Below, in pieces: positions 21,158 through 30,504 of a stretch of DNA of 64,000 nt (its first letter is position 1; each line of letters begins with the position of its first letter). A model generated the notes under the pieces. That model saw only the letters and a list, made by a program, of their open reading frames with translations, searched no databases and was not told the DNA's origin. The stretch lies in assembly GCA_963771175.1 (NCBI GenBank), contig CAVYSY010000030.1:96001-160000 (forward strand), written 5' to 3'. Both the position numbers and the translations under genes were made by a program. The DNA is from an uncultured delta proteobacterium (GTDB lineage Bacteria > Myxococcota > Myxococcia > Myxococcales > Myxococcaceae).

Positions 21158-22363
21158 GTGGACTGTCCGCGAAGTAATTCGACATAGTCAGGAGTGATGC
21201 CTGTCCACCCAATCGTGCATTTTGGGACGGGTCCAGGACCAAGTGAATGGGTGGGCGTAGAGGCGGTTGTACTCGGGCCAGCTCGCTTCGAGGTGGGCGA
21301 TGAGCTCGGAGCGGCTGGTCCAACTCCCTCGCTGGAGGTAGCGCTCTCCGAAGGCGCGCAGCAGTAGTTCGGCCTGGTTGAGCCAGGAGGAATGGGCCGG
21401 GGTGAAGAGCACCCGGACCTGGGGGTAGCCGTGCCGCAGGAAGTCATGCGTCTCCTGGGCAATGTGGCTGGAGCCATTGTCCCAGATGAGATGGATGCGT
21501 CGCGCCTCCCGGTGCTCTCCAAGCAGATGGGGCAGCACGGCCCGCAGACAGGCCCCGTCGTTGCGCTCCAGGTGCCAGCCTCGCATCCGTCCGGTGGGCA
21601 CCACCAGCTTCGCCAGGAAGTTCACAGTGCCATGTCGGATGTACTCGAACTCCTGTCTCTCGATGAGACCCGGCTCCATCGGGTGCGTAGGGCGACTGCG
21701 CTCCAGCACCTGGAGGTTGGGGAGCTCGTCCAGGCACAGCACCACCTCGCCCCTCTCGGCCAGGGACTGCGCGCGCTCGTAGCACCAGAGAACCTTCGCC
21801 GCCTTGTGGCGGAAGGTGTCGTCGGGGATGGGAGTCCTCCAGTAGCGGGAGCGGTGGGGTTGCAACGCAGCGTCCCGAAGGATGAGCGCCACGGTCGAGT
21901 GGGAGAGGGTCGGCGCGATGCCCTGAAGTCGAGCCGCCAGGGCCAGGCTGCGAGTGGACCAGTGGGTCATGTGCAGGCCAATGCCCGCTGGCTCACAGCA
22001 GGCCAGCCGCTCCACCTCGACGCGCTGGAGGGGGGGAAAGCCGCCGCGGGCGGCCTGGGCGAGGCGCATCATCGACGACCTCTACGCCCCGTTGCTCGAA
22101 GCGGCGGCACAGGGCCCAGATGGTCGTACGGTCCAGCTCGAGCCGGTCAGCCAGCTCCGAAACGATGGTGTCCGGCTCGTTCATCGCCAGCAGAATGCGT
22201 GCCCTGCGCGCGATGCGCTGCTCGATACGTCCGTCTCGTACCAGAGCCTCAAGGTAGGTGACCTCTGCTGGTGAGAGGTGGACAAGTCGCGGGGGGCGTC
22301 TCCTCATCCCACAGAGCTATGCATTCCCTGCGACTATGTCGAATTACTTCGCGGACAGTCCAC
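21158..22363 (-). mobile_element. IS630-family insertion sequence, 1206 bp, TA target duplication
   Basis: Perfect 32-bp terminal inverted repeats GTGGACTGTCCGCGAAGTAATTCGACATAGTC (21158-21189 / 22332-22363), flanked by TA at 21156-21157 and 22364-22365. Confidence 0.93.
21188..22307 (-). CDS. IS630 transposase in two frames (HTH 22307-~22035, DDE ~22035-21188)
   Basis: RARILL...DDAPRPGRPR (HTH part). LCLDE, IWDNGSSH, FTPAHSSWLNQAE (DDE part). Frames join at CTTTCCCCCCC. Confidence 0.9.
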
Positions 22364-23593
22364 TAGGGCTCCTTCGCCACGCAGGGCCCGACATCATGTT
22401 GGCGACGCACTCGTCGGAGATCATCGCTGAAGCCGAGCCCAACGAGCTACTCCTGATCAACAAGCGTTTCAAGTCCGCGCACCGTGTCTCGGATGCGGAT
22501 GGCGTGCAGAAGGTGCTGGATGCGGTGGGGTCGATCCAGAACCCCACGCTGACCCACCTCGCCAGGACGCGACGTGTGCTGTTCGTCGAGGGAGAGGACT
22601 TCCGGATTCTCCGACGTTTCGCGCGGCGCCTCGGGCTCGACGAACTCTCTAACGGTAATGATTTGACCGTGGTTCCTATTGGCGGCTTCGCGAATTGGGA
22701 GAGGGTCGTGGGGGTTGGATGGGGTATCGGGCGAACACTGGGCCGGCCGCTCGCGCTCAGCATCGTGCTGGATCGGGACTACCGGGCTGATGCCGAGATC
22801 GAGGAAGTACGGGCGAAGTTGGCCGCCCATCTTCAGTTCGTACATCTGCACCGACGTAAGGAGGTTGAGAACTATCTGCTCGTCATTGGGCCTCTGACGC
22901 GGGCAGCATCCGCTGCCATCCGGGAGCGCTCACGGCGTACCGGAGTGACGGTGTCGGAAGTGCCGGATCTCCAGGCACTTCTCATGGAGGTCGCCGACTC
23001 GTTCCAAGGCGAGGTACTCAGCCAGTACCTATCTCGTCGGCAGTCGGCCGAGCAGCGTGGGGGCATCGACGCCGCCACGGCGATCAACCGTGTGCTTTCC
23101 GAGTTCCACGCACGCTGGTCGACGTTGGATGGTCGGATGGAGTTGGTGCCGGGGAAGCGCTGCCTTGCCGCCTTGAATAAGCGTTTGCAGGAACTGCACA
23201 AGATACAGGTGACGGCGACCGCCATCATTGACTCGTTCCACCTCGACGAGGTGCCGGCAGAGGTGCGCGACCTGCTCGCCGGGCTCGACGTCTTCCGACA
23301 GAGTGCCGTGCCATCGGGAGAGGACGTGGCGCAGACTGGATGACTCTTACCTTCCTGGCCGACCTGGAGCGCGATCGGCGGTTCTCCGCCATCCGCTAGG
23401 TGTTCGGCGACTACGTGAAGTTGCCCTCCGAGAGCTGCCCCTCCAGGCGCTCGCGGGCGACAAGGCAGGGCTCAAGTGGCTCCGCCCGCTCGGGCTTCAC
23501 TCCGATGACACCAGCAGGGGCCACACGAAGTGCTTGACACCCTGGCAGAGACACCCGTTGGCTGAAACTCCGTTGGCTGCTCAGGAGGTATGC

Positions 23594-23821
23594 ATGGACT
23601 GGCGATTCGCCGTCGTATCCACGCTGTTGCTCGTCATGTGCACGGGATGTCCTCGCACATGGGGCCGAGGAGGCACCATGGATCGGGCCATGGCGAAGGA
23701 CATTCAGGAGAACCTCCAGCGTCAGAAACAGCCATGCACCTTGAGCGAGGCCGAGTGGGAGGAGCGCTGCGAGGAGCCCGCGGATTGGGAATACTTCGAC
23801 TGCCCACAGGAATGTCGATGA
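23594..23821 (+). CDS. Small Cys-containing lipoprotein
   Basis: AGGAGG RBS. MDWRFAVVSTLLLVMCTGC lipobox. ATGA overlap with the next gene. Confidence 0.7.
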   Translation: MDWRFAVVSTLLLVMCTGCPRTWGRGGTMDRAMAKDIQENLQRQKQPCTLSEAEWEERCEEPADWEYFDCPQECR

Positions 23822-24684
23822 GGTGGCGCACGCTGCTCGCAGTGAGCCTCGGGCTGCTGTTTCCAGTTCCACTGGTCTGGCTGATTCATACGGCTGCGTC
23901 TGGCGAGAACCCGAGTGCTCCAGGGCCGCGAACGATTCCAATGCTCTCCCTGGAGGAGCGCCGGAGCCTGCTGACCTACGAGCGTCCGTGCCAGAAGCCC
24001 GAGGACTGCGAGCCCCCGCTCGCGTGCTTCTTCAATCCGAGGCGGAGGGAGCGCTACTGCACGGATACAACGTGCATGACGGATTCGCAGTGCCCGGAGG
24101 GGTTCGCTTGCCGCGCGCTGGCGCTCGGGCGCGAGGGCCCATTCCTTCGGCTGTGTGCGCTGGTGGGGATGCGAAGGGAGGGCGAAGCCTGCCACGCCCT
24201 GCCGGAGACACCGCGCGAGGGCTGCGAGCAGGGACTCGTCTGCCAGGGCTGGTGCGGTCGTCCCTGCCGGCTGGATGAACCCGCGAGCTGTCCCGAGGGC
24301 TTCTTCTGCGAGGAGGGTCCCCGCGGTGCCTCCTGTCTCCCCACGTGTGATGGCCGCTCATGCCCCGAGGGGCAGCGCTGCGTGCGGGTCGGAGAGCGCA
24401 CTTCGGTCTGCGCGCGGCTCCACGGTGAAGACTGCCAACAGACGCCCTGCCCCGAGCAACAGAGATGTCTCGTGGATTACACCCCGCAGCGCCCGGGTGA
24501 GGCCTGGATGCGGTGTGTCGCCCGCTGCGGCGAGAACGAACGCCCTTGTCCCGAAGGGCTCGTCTGCCACGTCTTCCGTTGCCGCCAGCTCTGCGACCCG
24601 GAGGTCCCCGGAGTGTGCGGCCCCTTCCACCACTGCCACCGCCTCTCCGAGACCGAGCCCTGGGTCTGCCGTCCAGATTACTGA
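23818..24684 (+). CDS. Cysteine-rich membrane-anchored/secreted protein
   Basis: N-terminal hydrophobic segment and repeated CPEG(F/Q/L)xC units. Paralogous to 52837-53734. Confidence 0.8.
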   Translation: MRWRTLLAVSLGLLFPVPLVWLIHTAASGENPSAPGPRTIPMLSLEERRSLLTYERPCQKPEDCEPPLACFFNPRRRERYCTDTTCMTDSQCPEGFACRALALGREGPFLRLCALVGMRREGEACHALPETPREGCEQGLVCQGWCGRPCRLDEPASCPEGFFCEEGPRGASCLPTCDGRSCPEGQRCVRVGERTSVCARLHGEDCQQTPCPEQQRCLVDYTPQRPGEAWMRCVARCGENERPCPEGLVCHVFRCRQLCDPEVPGVCGPFHHCHRLSETEPWVCRPDY

Positions 24685-24685
24685 G

Positions 24686-25291
24686 TTAGCGGGTGCCCGT
24701 CGCCGCGCAGCGGACCATCATCGCTTCCAGATCGCTGCGCGTCTGCGCCAGCGCCTCGCGCCGCAGGTCCTGGCGCAGCGCGCTCGACAGCGAGCGCGAC
24801 AGCGTCTTCACGATGTTCAGCTCCTCCGCCGTCCACCGCCGCTCCTTCTGGCAGTCGTCCAGCCGCAGGAAGCCCCACCACTGCCCGTTGATCGTCCCCA
24901 CGCTGATGGGGCTCAGCATCACCGACTGCACGCCCTGCGCCTCCAGGTTCACCTTCAGCGGGCCCGGGATGTTGCGCACCAGCTCCCAGACCGGCTGTCC
25001 GCGCGAGAGCACCTCCACCCAGCCCGTCATTTGATCCTTCAGCGGGAAGGTCTGGAGCAGCGGCGTCATGGGGGCCACGCCCCACACGCTGCGCATCACC
25101 GACAGGCGCCGGCCCGGCATCGTCGAGGAGCCGTTCTCGTACACCACCGCCCGGTCCACGCCGATCGCACGGCCCACCAGCTCGATGGCGCCCAGCACCG
25201 CCTGCGACGAGAATCCCTGCTCCACCAGCAGCTTCGAGGCCTCGGAGACCTTCGTGAATGCTTCGAGCGACATCGCATCCTCCGTTGCCAA
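24686..25291 (-). CDS. Stand-alone GAF-domain protein
   Basis: GVDRAVVY...GVQSVMLSPI...WWGFLRLDDCQKERRWTAEE. Start may be 25273. Confidence 0.8.
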   Translation of the reverse strand: MATEDAMSLEAFTKVSEASKLLVEQGFSSQAVLGAIELVGRAIGVDRAVVYENGSSTMPGRRLSVMRSVWGVAPMTPLLQTFPLKDQMTGWVEVLSRGQPVWELVRNIPGPLKVNLEAQGVQSVMLSPISVGTINGQWWGFLRLDDCQKERRWTAEELNIVKTLSRSLSSALRQDLRREALAQTRSDLEAMMVRCAATGTR

Positions 25292-25439
25292 TGAACCCAG
25301 GCATACCCTGGAAGGCCAGTAGCAGCCGCTTTCTTAGCGACTCATGAGTTCATTGAACAGCAAGCTATCTGCGACTGTCAACTCTGTCTGGATTTTCTCA
25401 GCTACTCTGAAATAACTGATTCTCCCAGTGGTGGACAGT

Positions 25440-26870
25440 TCACGGTGAGCGTGGCTGCGCGCCTCCCACGACGCGCTTCACGAGCTGGCCCGCGGGGAGC
25501 GTCTCGCCCGGGGAGACGCCGTTGAGGGTGGCCAGTTCTTCCAGGGGGAGGGTGGAGGGGTAGCGGCCGTTGAACTGCTCCAGCGTCATCGCCTCGGGGA
25601 GCGTCACGAGGTCCAGGCGCGCCGGCTGCACGCCGAGCATCGCCGGGTCGGTCAGCTCGCGAAAGCTGGTGAGGGTGGCGCGGAAGGCCGGCTCATGGGC
25701 GGCGAGCTGGCCGGCGACCGTGTAGCCGATGAGCTGGTACGTCGTGCCGCCGTGGGTGAGGAAGCTCGTCACTCCCTGGACGACCCCCTGCTCCGTACGC
25801 GCCTCGAAGAAGCGCGACTGCGGGGGGAGTCCCCCGGTCGCCACGGCGAGAGGTTGCACGCCCTCCTGCGAGAAGAACTGCCGCAGGGCCTGCTCGGGCG
25901 GGACGTTGCCCACCATGGCGAGCCCCACGAGGGCGTCCTTCCGAGGGCTCACCGCCAGCACCGCCTGCGTCTGGTTGGCCGTCTGCCAGCCCTGGGGGAA
26001 ATCCAACTGGAAGCGCAGCTCCGGGTGGAGGAAGCGTGTGCCCTGGAAGAAGCCCTGCCGGGGGTTCTCCCCATAGGGCATGTCCTGTAGCAGGCGCAGG
26101 TATCGCGCGCGATCCTCCCGCAGGGGGGAGAAGTCCACGTGCAGCCCGGCGAGGCGCTGCTGCGTCTCCTTCAGGCGGTCCCCCGGGTTCGGGTGCGTGG
26201 AGAGCCACGTCGGCAGCCGGCCGCCCTCCTTGGCGCTCACGCGCGAGAGCATCTGGAAGAGGTCCACCATCGCGCGTGCGTCGTAGCGCTCGTTGAGCAT
26301 GTAGCGCAGGCCCAGCTCGTCGGCCTGGGTCTCCGCGTCGCGTCCGTACTTGAGCAGGAGGAGCCCCATCCCGGCCGAGGCCAGCTCGCCGTACTTCGCC
26401 AGGTCCGGCGACAGCACCATGCCCAGTCCCAGTCCGAGCTGCGCGAGCTGCGTCCGGGTGAGCTGTCCGGCCGTGTGCCGCGCGGTGACGTGGCCGATCT
26501 CATGCCCGAGCACCGCCGCCAGCTCCGCCTCGGAGTTCATGTGGGTGAGGATGCCGCGCGTGAGGAAGATGGGGCCGCCGGGCAGCGCGAAGGCGTTCAC
26601 CGCGGGATCGTCCAGTACCTCGAAGCTCCAGGGCAGGTTCGGCCGCTCCGTCTTCGCCGCCAGGCTCTTGCCCACCTGGGCCACGTACTCCTGCACCTGG
26701 GGGTTGGGCAGCAGCCCGATGGTCTGCCGCACGTCCTGGGCGCCCTGCTGGCCAATCTCGATCTCATCCCGCTGTGACACGAGGGAGAACTGGCGCCTGC
26801 CGGTGACGGGGTTGTGGACGCACGCGGACATCGCGAGCAGCAGCGACAGGGCGAGGAGTCGTCGGGACAT
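25440..26870 (-). CDS. M48 family metalloprotease lipoprotein (BepA/YfgC-like)
   Basis: Lipobox MSAC, NPVTGRRQ, NAFALPGG, GHEIGH, ETQAD, LSTHP. Confidence 0.9.
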   Translation of the reverse strand: MSRRLLALSLLLAMSACVHNPVTGRRQFSLVSQRDEIEIGQQGAQDVRQTIGLLPNPQVQEYVAQVGKSLAAKTERPNLPWSFEVLDDPAVNAFALPGGPIFLTRGILTHMNSEAELAAVLGHEIGHVTARHTAGQLTRTQLAQLGLGLGMVLSPDLAKYGELASAGMGLLLLKYGRDAETQADELGLRYMLNERYDARAMVDLFQMLSRVSAKEGGRLPTWLSTHPNPGDRLKETQQRLAGLHVDFSPLREDRARYLRLLQDMPYGENPRQGFFQGTRFLHPELRFQLDFPQGWQTANQTQAVLAVSPRKDALVGLAMVGNVPPEQALRQFFSQEGVQPLAVATGGLPPQSRFFEARTEQGVVQGVTSFLTHGGTTYQLIGYTVAGQLAAHEPAFRATLTSFRELTDPAMLGVQPARLDLVTLPEAMTLEQFNGRYPSTLPLEELATLNGVSPGETLPAGQLVKRVVGGAQPRSP

Positions 26871-27024
26871 GGTCCTGGGCGATAGGGATGCGCTCCGCCT
26901 TCGGCCAGCCTCCCCGGAGTCGGGAGGGGGCGATGGTGGACAGAGAGCCGGACTGCGGGGCCGGGCTCGGTTAGCCTCCGGGCATCCGGTGCCGGCCATT
27001 GGGGCCGGAGGGGAGGTCTCGTCG

Positions 27025-27645
27025 ATGGAGAGCCTGGACTCGCGCCTGGAGAACCTGGAGCGCCGCTGCCGCCGCCTGCAGTCCCTGACCTTCGCCGCGC
27101 TCGTGCTGGGGGCGCTCGGGGTGGGCACGGCCACGCTGCGTCCGCTGTCGTCTGGCGGGGAGTTGGTGGCCTCGCGCCTCACCCTGCGGGACGCGCAGGG
27201 CCGCACGCGCGCCACCCTGTCCGCGCAGGGCGGCGAGGGCGGCCTGGTGCTGCACGACGTCCAGGGCCGGCCCCGGGCCCTGCTGGGCGTGGATGCCAGC
27301 GGCTCGCCCCGGCTCCGCTTCGCCACCGCCGAGGGCGCCTCGCTCGCCGAGCTCACCGTCTACTCGGACGAGGCCCCGCGCCTCTCGCTCGGGAAGAACG
27401 GCGGCACCGAGTTCTTCTCCGTGGGGCTCATGTCCGATGGCTCCTCGCGCCTGGAGCTCGCGGACGAGGACGGGCGCCCGCGGGCCATCCTCGGCGCGGA
27501 CGAGCACGGCTCTCCCGGGCTGATGCTCGTGGACCGGAAGGGACAGCCCCGCGCCTCGCTGCGGGTGTCTCCCAAGGACGAGGCGAGCCTCATCCTCGAG
27601 GGACAGGACGGCGCGGTGTTCCGGGCCCCGACTCCCGTGCAGTAG
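27025..27645 (+). CDS. Hypothetical membrane protein with repeated L.D..G.PRA.L units
   Basis: GGAGG RBS, short coiled coil, TM segment, then internal beta-like repeats. Confidence 0.7.
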   Translation: MESLDSRLENLERRCRRLQSLTFAALVLGALGVGTATLRPLSSGGELVASRLTLRDAQGRTRATLSAQGGEGGLVLHDVQGRPRALLGVDASGSPRLRFATAEGASLAELTVYSDEAPRLSLGKNGGTEFFSVGLMSDGSSRLELADEDGRPRAILGADEHGSPGLMLVDRKGQPRASLRVSPKDEASLILEGQDGAVFRAPTPVQ

Positions 27646-27646
27646 G

Positions 27647-27815
27647 CTGCTTCTCCGCGCCGACCGACGAGGGTGACGCCTCCGCCTGCTTCGTGGAGAG
27701 CGCTGGAGGCCCCGGGCTCTCCGACGCCGAGCGCATGCTGCGCATGGTGTTCGCCGCCGCGCGCCGGCGCCTGTGGATCGCCAACGCCTACTTCACCCCG
27801 CCCAAGACCATCTGA
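27647..27815 (+). pseudogene. Internal fragment of a cardiolipin synthase/PLD-family gene
   Basis: Translates to ...DAERMLRMVFAAARRRLWIANAYFTPPKTI*, which resembles the second PLD half of Cls. No start codon and no HKD motif. Confidence 0.55.
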
Positions 27816-27924
27816 AGGGTGGGGTGCGCCTTTATGTGGATGTCCTACGGATGCGCTCCTGCCCGCAGGCGATTCCGCGCGCCAGGTGCGCGAAGCAGGT
27901 TGGCCATGGAATCGTCCCCGGTCG

Positions 27925-28872
27925 TCAGACCTGAGTGAGCTTCCCCATGCTGTCGCAGGTCACGAGCATCTCCTTCTGACTCGTGCTCGGCAGGTAATCC
28001 ACATTGATATTCTTCATGAAGGCGGCCATGTCGTCATTGTCCTCGGACCGCTCCGTCATCTGAGGATTATAGCCTTTCCAGACGGAGGCCTTCTTTTGTT
28101 CGGCATGGTTCCAAGGCGCGGGGACGGCCTTGTACTTCTTGGCGGTCATGAGGTTTTCCCAGAACTGCACCCGCTGGGCGACGCACGCGTAGTTCCTGTA
28201 GCGATAGACCCACCGCATCTCCGCGTAGGTGATTCGCTTTTCCTCGACGGCCTCGAGCGAGTTCCCCACGGAATCGGAGGGGTACTGCGCATGATACTGG
28301 GTGAACTTGTAACCCAGACCGTGCTTCGAGCCGGAGACCACCGGGCCGTAGTCGAGGTTCTTGTCCACGATGAAGTGGATGTTGTAGCCCTTCACGAACA
28401 GCGCCCAGAACAGGCCGGCCTTGCTCGTCCGCTTGAAGCGCGCGTTCCACTGGTAGGGATTGGAGGAACTGGCCGGAGTGTAGCGGGTCTTCTGGATCCA
28501 CTCGATGAAGTCAGCCCGGTCCTGATCCCGGAAATCATTGGTGGTCGAGCCCGAGGCCCAGGTGCTGGGGAGGGCGCTGTTCGAGCTACGGCTGGGGTTC
28601 TTCTGCTTGGAGGCCTCCGTGGGCGTGAAGTCCGTGGCTCTCCCGACCTTCGTTCCCCACGCGACGGCGGGAGTTGGACCCATCGACTGCGTCAGGTAGT
28701 CGATCTTGTGCTGATCGAGCTCGTGTCCGGCCCAGATAGGGAGCTGCTGCGCCTTGTTGATGTAGTCAGTGTAGAAGTAATAGCGCAGCTTCAAATCGCC
28801 GGTATCCAGACCGTAGATCAGATCCCGCTCACCGAACGGGATTTGTGTTCCCTCGACGTACTCGAGCGACAT
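27925..28872 (-). CDS. Hypothetical protein, putative toxin/effector-like domain
   Basis: 315 aa, GGAGG RBS, more A/T-rich than its neighbours. Motifs RTSKAGL, IHFIVD, ITYAEMRWVYR, VQFW, PAPW. Confidence 0.6.
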   Translation of the reverse strand: MSLEYVEGTQIPFGERDLIYGLDTGDLKLRYYFYTDYINKAQQLPIWAGHELDQHKIDYLTQSMGPTPAVAWGTKVGRATDFTPTEASKQKNPSRSSNSALPSTWASGSTTNDFRDQDRADFIEWIQKTRYTPASSSNPYQWNARFKRTSKAGLFWALFVKGYNIHFIVDKNLDYGPVVSGSKHGLGYKFTQYHAQYPSDSVGNSLEAVEEKRITYAEMRWVYRYRNYACVAQRVQFWENLMTAKKYKAVPAPWNHAEQKKASVWKGYNPQMTERSEDNDDMAAFMKNINVDYLPSTSQKEMLVTCDSMGKLTQV

Positions 28873-29175
28873 GCGTCAGCCTCCAGAAAGGCTCTGTGGT
28901 GGGCACAGGGCGGCCAGCGAGTCCGCGCGCTCACCACGGCACCTGCCCACGGCAGGCACACCACCGAGAGTCGGGTCGCCGCGCTTCAACGCGGAGGGTT
29001 CCTAGGAGCGGGAACCATGGAATGCAGGCATTTCTGGGTCAGCTCATATCACTTCCAGGGGCGGAAGAAAACCCGCGAAGGAGCGAGGTGCGCCCGATGA
29101 ACCAGGCCCCCAATCAGTTCCTTTGCGCGGCGAGTGACGCAGATGCTCGCTCCGAACCGTTGAGTCCGCGGGGAC

Positions 29176-29880
29176 TCAGCGCGGGTTGCGCACGCCCACC
29201 TGCTGGCACATGGACAGCAGCGGGCACGTCGAGCACTTCGGCCGCGTGCCCGTGCACACGTGCTTGCCGAAGGGTACCAGCAGCCGGTTGAGCTCCACCC
29301 AGTGCGCCCGTGGGAGCTTCGCCTCCAACGCGGCCAGCGTCTGCTCGGGCGTGCGTGCCTGGACGTAACCCCAGCGGTTCGTCACCCGGTGCACGTGGAC
29401 GTCCACGCTGATGCGCTCCTGCCCACAGGCGATTCCGAGCGCCAGGTGCGCGCACTTGGGGCCCACGCCCTTGAAGGACTGCAACACCTCCGCGTCGCCC
29501 GGCAGGTCGCCGCCGAACTCCTCCACCGTTCGTACCGCGATGGCGTGGATCGTCTTCGCCTTCGGCTCGGGGAACGTCACCGGGCGGATGAGGGAGGCGA
29601 GCCGCTCCGGCCCCAGACGGCGCATCGCCTCGGGCGTGCGGGCCTGGGACAGCAGCCGGAGCGACACGGGCAGCGACACCTCATCCCGCGTGCGGATGGA
29701 GAGGATGCAGCCCACGAGCTGCTCGAAGAGGCTCGTGTGGCCGCGCGCCGCCAGCTCGAACATGGCGGCGTCCGCGAACCCCTGGATGGACTCGCGCACC
29801 CGCGTCAGTGCCACCTCGATGTCGAAGGGCTCCTTGTCCGCGCGTCTACTGGGAGCCCGCCTTGGAGCTGCCGGGGGCAT
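29176..29880 (-). CDS. nth: Endonuclease III-family HhH-GPD DNA glycosylase
   Basis: FEQLVGCILS, GVGPKCA, VDVHVHRVTNRWG, and Fe-S motif CTGTRPKCSTCPLLSMC. Confidence 0.85.
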   Translation of the reverse strand: MPPAAPRRAPSRRADKEPFDIEVALTRVRESIQGFADAAMFELAARGHTSLFEQLVGCILSIRTRDEVSLPVSLRLLSQARTPEAMRRLGPERLASLIRPVTFPEPKAKTIHAIAVRTVEEFGGDLPGDAEVLQSFKGVGPKCAHLALGIACGQERISVDVHVHRVTNRWGYVQARTPEQTLAALEAKLPRAHWVELNRLLVPFGKHVCTGTRPKCSTCPLLSMCQQVGVRNPR

Positions 29881-30076
29881 GGAGCTGCCTCTTGTCTTCC
29901 TTCCCGGGCTTGTTGGGGCCTCCGTGCGTGCCGAACTCGCCCACGTTGCGATGCTTGGGATACTCCTCGTCCGACAGGCGCTCCCGGCCTTGACCCGAGA
30001 CGTCACCCGAGTCGACCTTCGGGTGCAGCTTCTCCTTGTCCGCGTCGGAATGCAGCTTTCCCTTGTCCTGTGCCAT
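29846..30076 (-). CDS. Small hydrophilic hypothetical protein
   Basis: GGAGGT RBS before MAQDKGKLHS. 76 aa, highly charged. Confidence 0.55.
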   Translation of the reverse strand: MAQDKGKLHSDADKEKLHPKVDSGDVSGQGRERLSDEEYPKHRNVGEFGTHGGPNKPGKEDKRQLHAPGSSKAGSQ

Positions 30077-30177
30077 TCGGGCACCTCCCTTTCTGGGAGG
30101 AAGATGGGGATGCCCGATGGACGTGGCTCCCGGACGCCGCCGCGTCGCCGAGCGGGTAGGTGACCGGGCGTTTGTCC

Positions 30178-30465
30178 TCAATCCAGGAAGCGGCGCTCCC
30201 AGCGGAGCATCTCCTCGGGGTTCATGGTGCCGTAGGACAATTTCCAGTGATGGAGGTGGGGCTCGAGGAGCCGGGCGAGCGCGCGGTGGAGGGGGAGCGT
30301 CTGGCCCGCCTCCACGTCGCCTGGCTCTGGCTGCTCGCCGAGCGTGACGAGCACCCGGCCTCCGCTCAGCTCCTGGAGGGAGACTCCCGGGAGGGACAGG
30401 TGCTCGCGCAGGCCGGCCAGACCGCCGAGCTTCCCGAGTACCGGCTGCCCGAGGAAGTTCAGCAA
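30178..30465 (-). pseudogene. C-terminal remnant of a DUF3396 (T6SS immunity-like) gene
   Basis: LNFLGQPVLGKLGG...TLGEQPEPGD...LPLHRALARLLEP...WERRFLD matches the C-terminus I recall for this family. The N-terminal part is absent. Confidence 0.7.
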
Positions 30466-30504
30466 GCCTTCACGGGCCAGGGCGCGCTGCCCTGAGGCCG
30501 CGGC

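Larger units (their letters stand above)
20303..23343 (+). pseudogene. OLD-family ABC ATPase-TOPRIM nuclease interrupted by an IS630 element
   Basis: FENFKA, Walker A GANNSGKS, Walker B LLVLDEPE, LHP; after the IS, ATHS, TOPRIM VLFVEGED, DxD (LDRD) and KEVENYL. Removing the IS gives a continuous 610-aa ORF. Confidence 0.85.

Noticed and set aside
22258..22365. N-terminus of the 361-aa ORF as a real protein start
   Set aside because: It is IS630 terminal sequence fused in frame to the 3' half of the interrupted OLD-like gene.
20303..23343. Gabija system
   Set aside because: No UvrD-like GajB gene follows the ATPase-TOPRIM gene.
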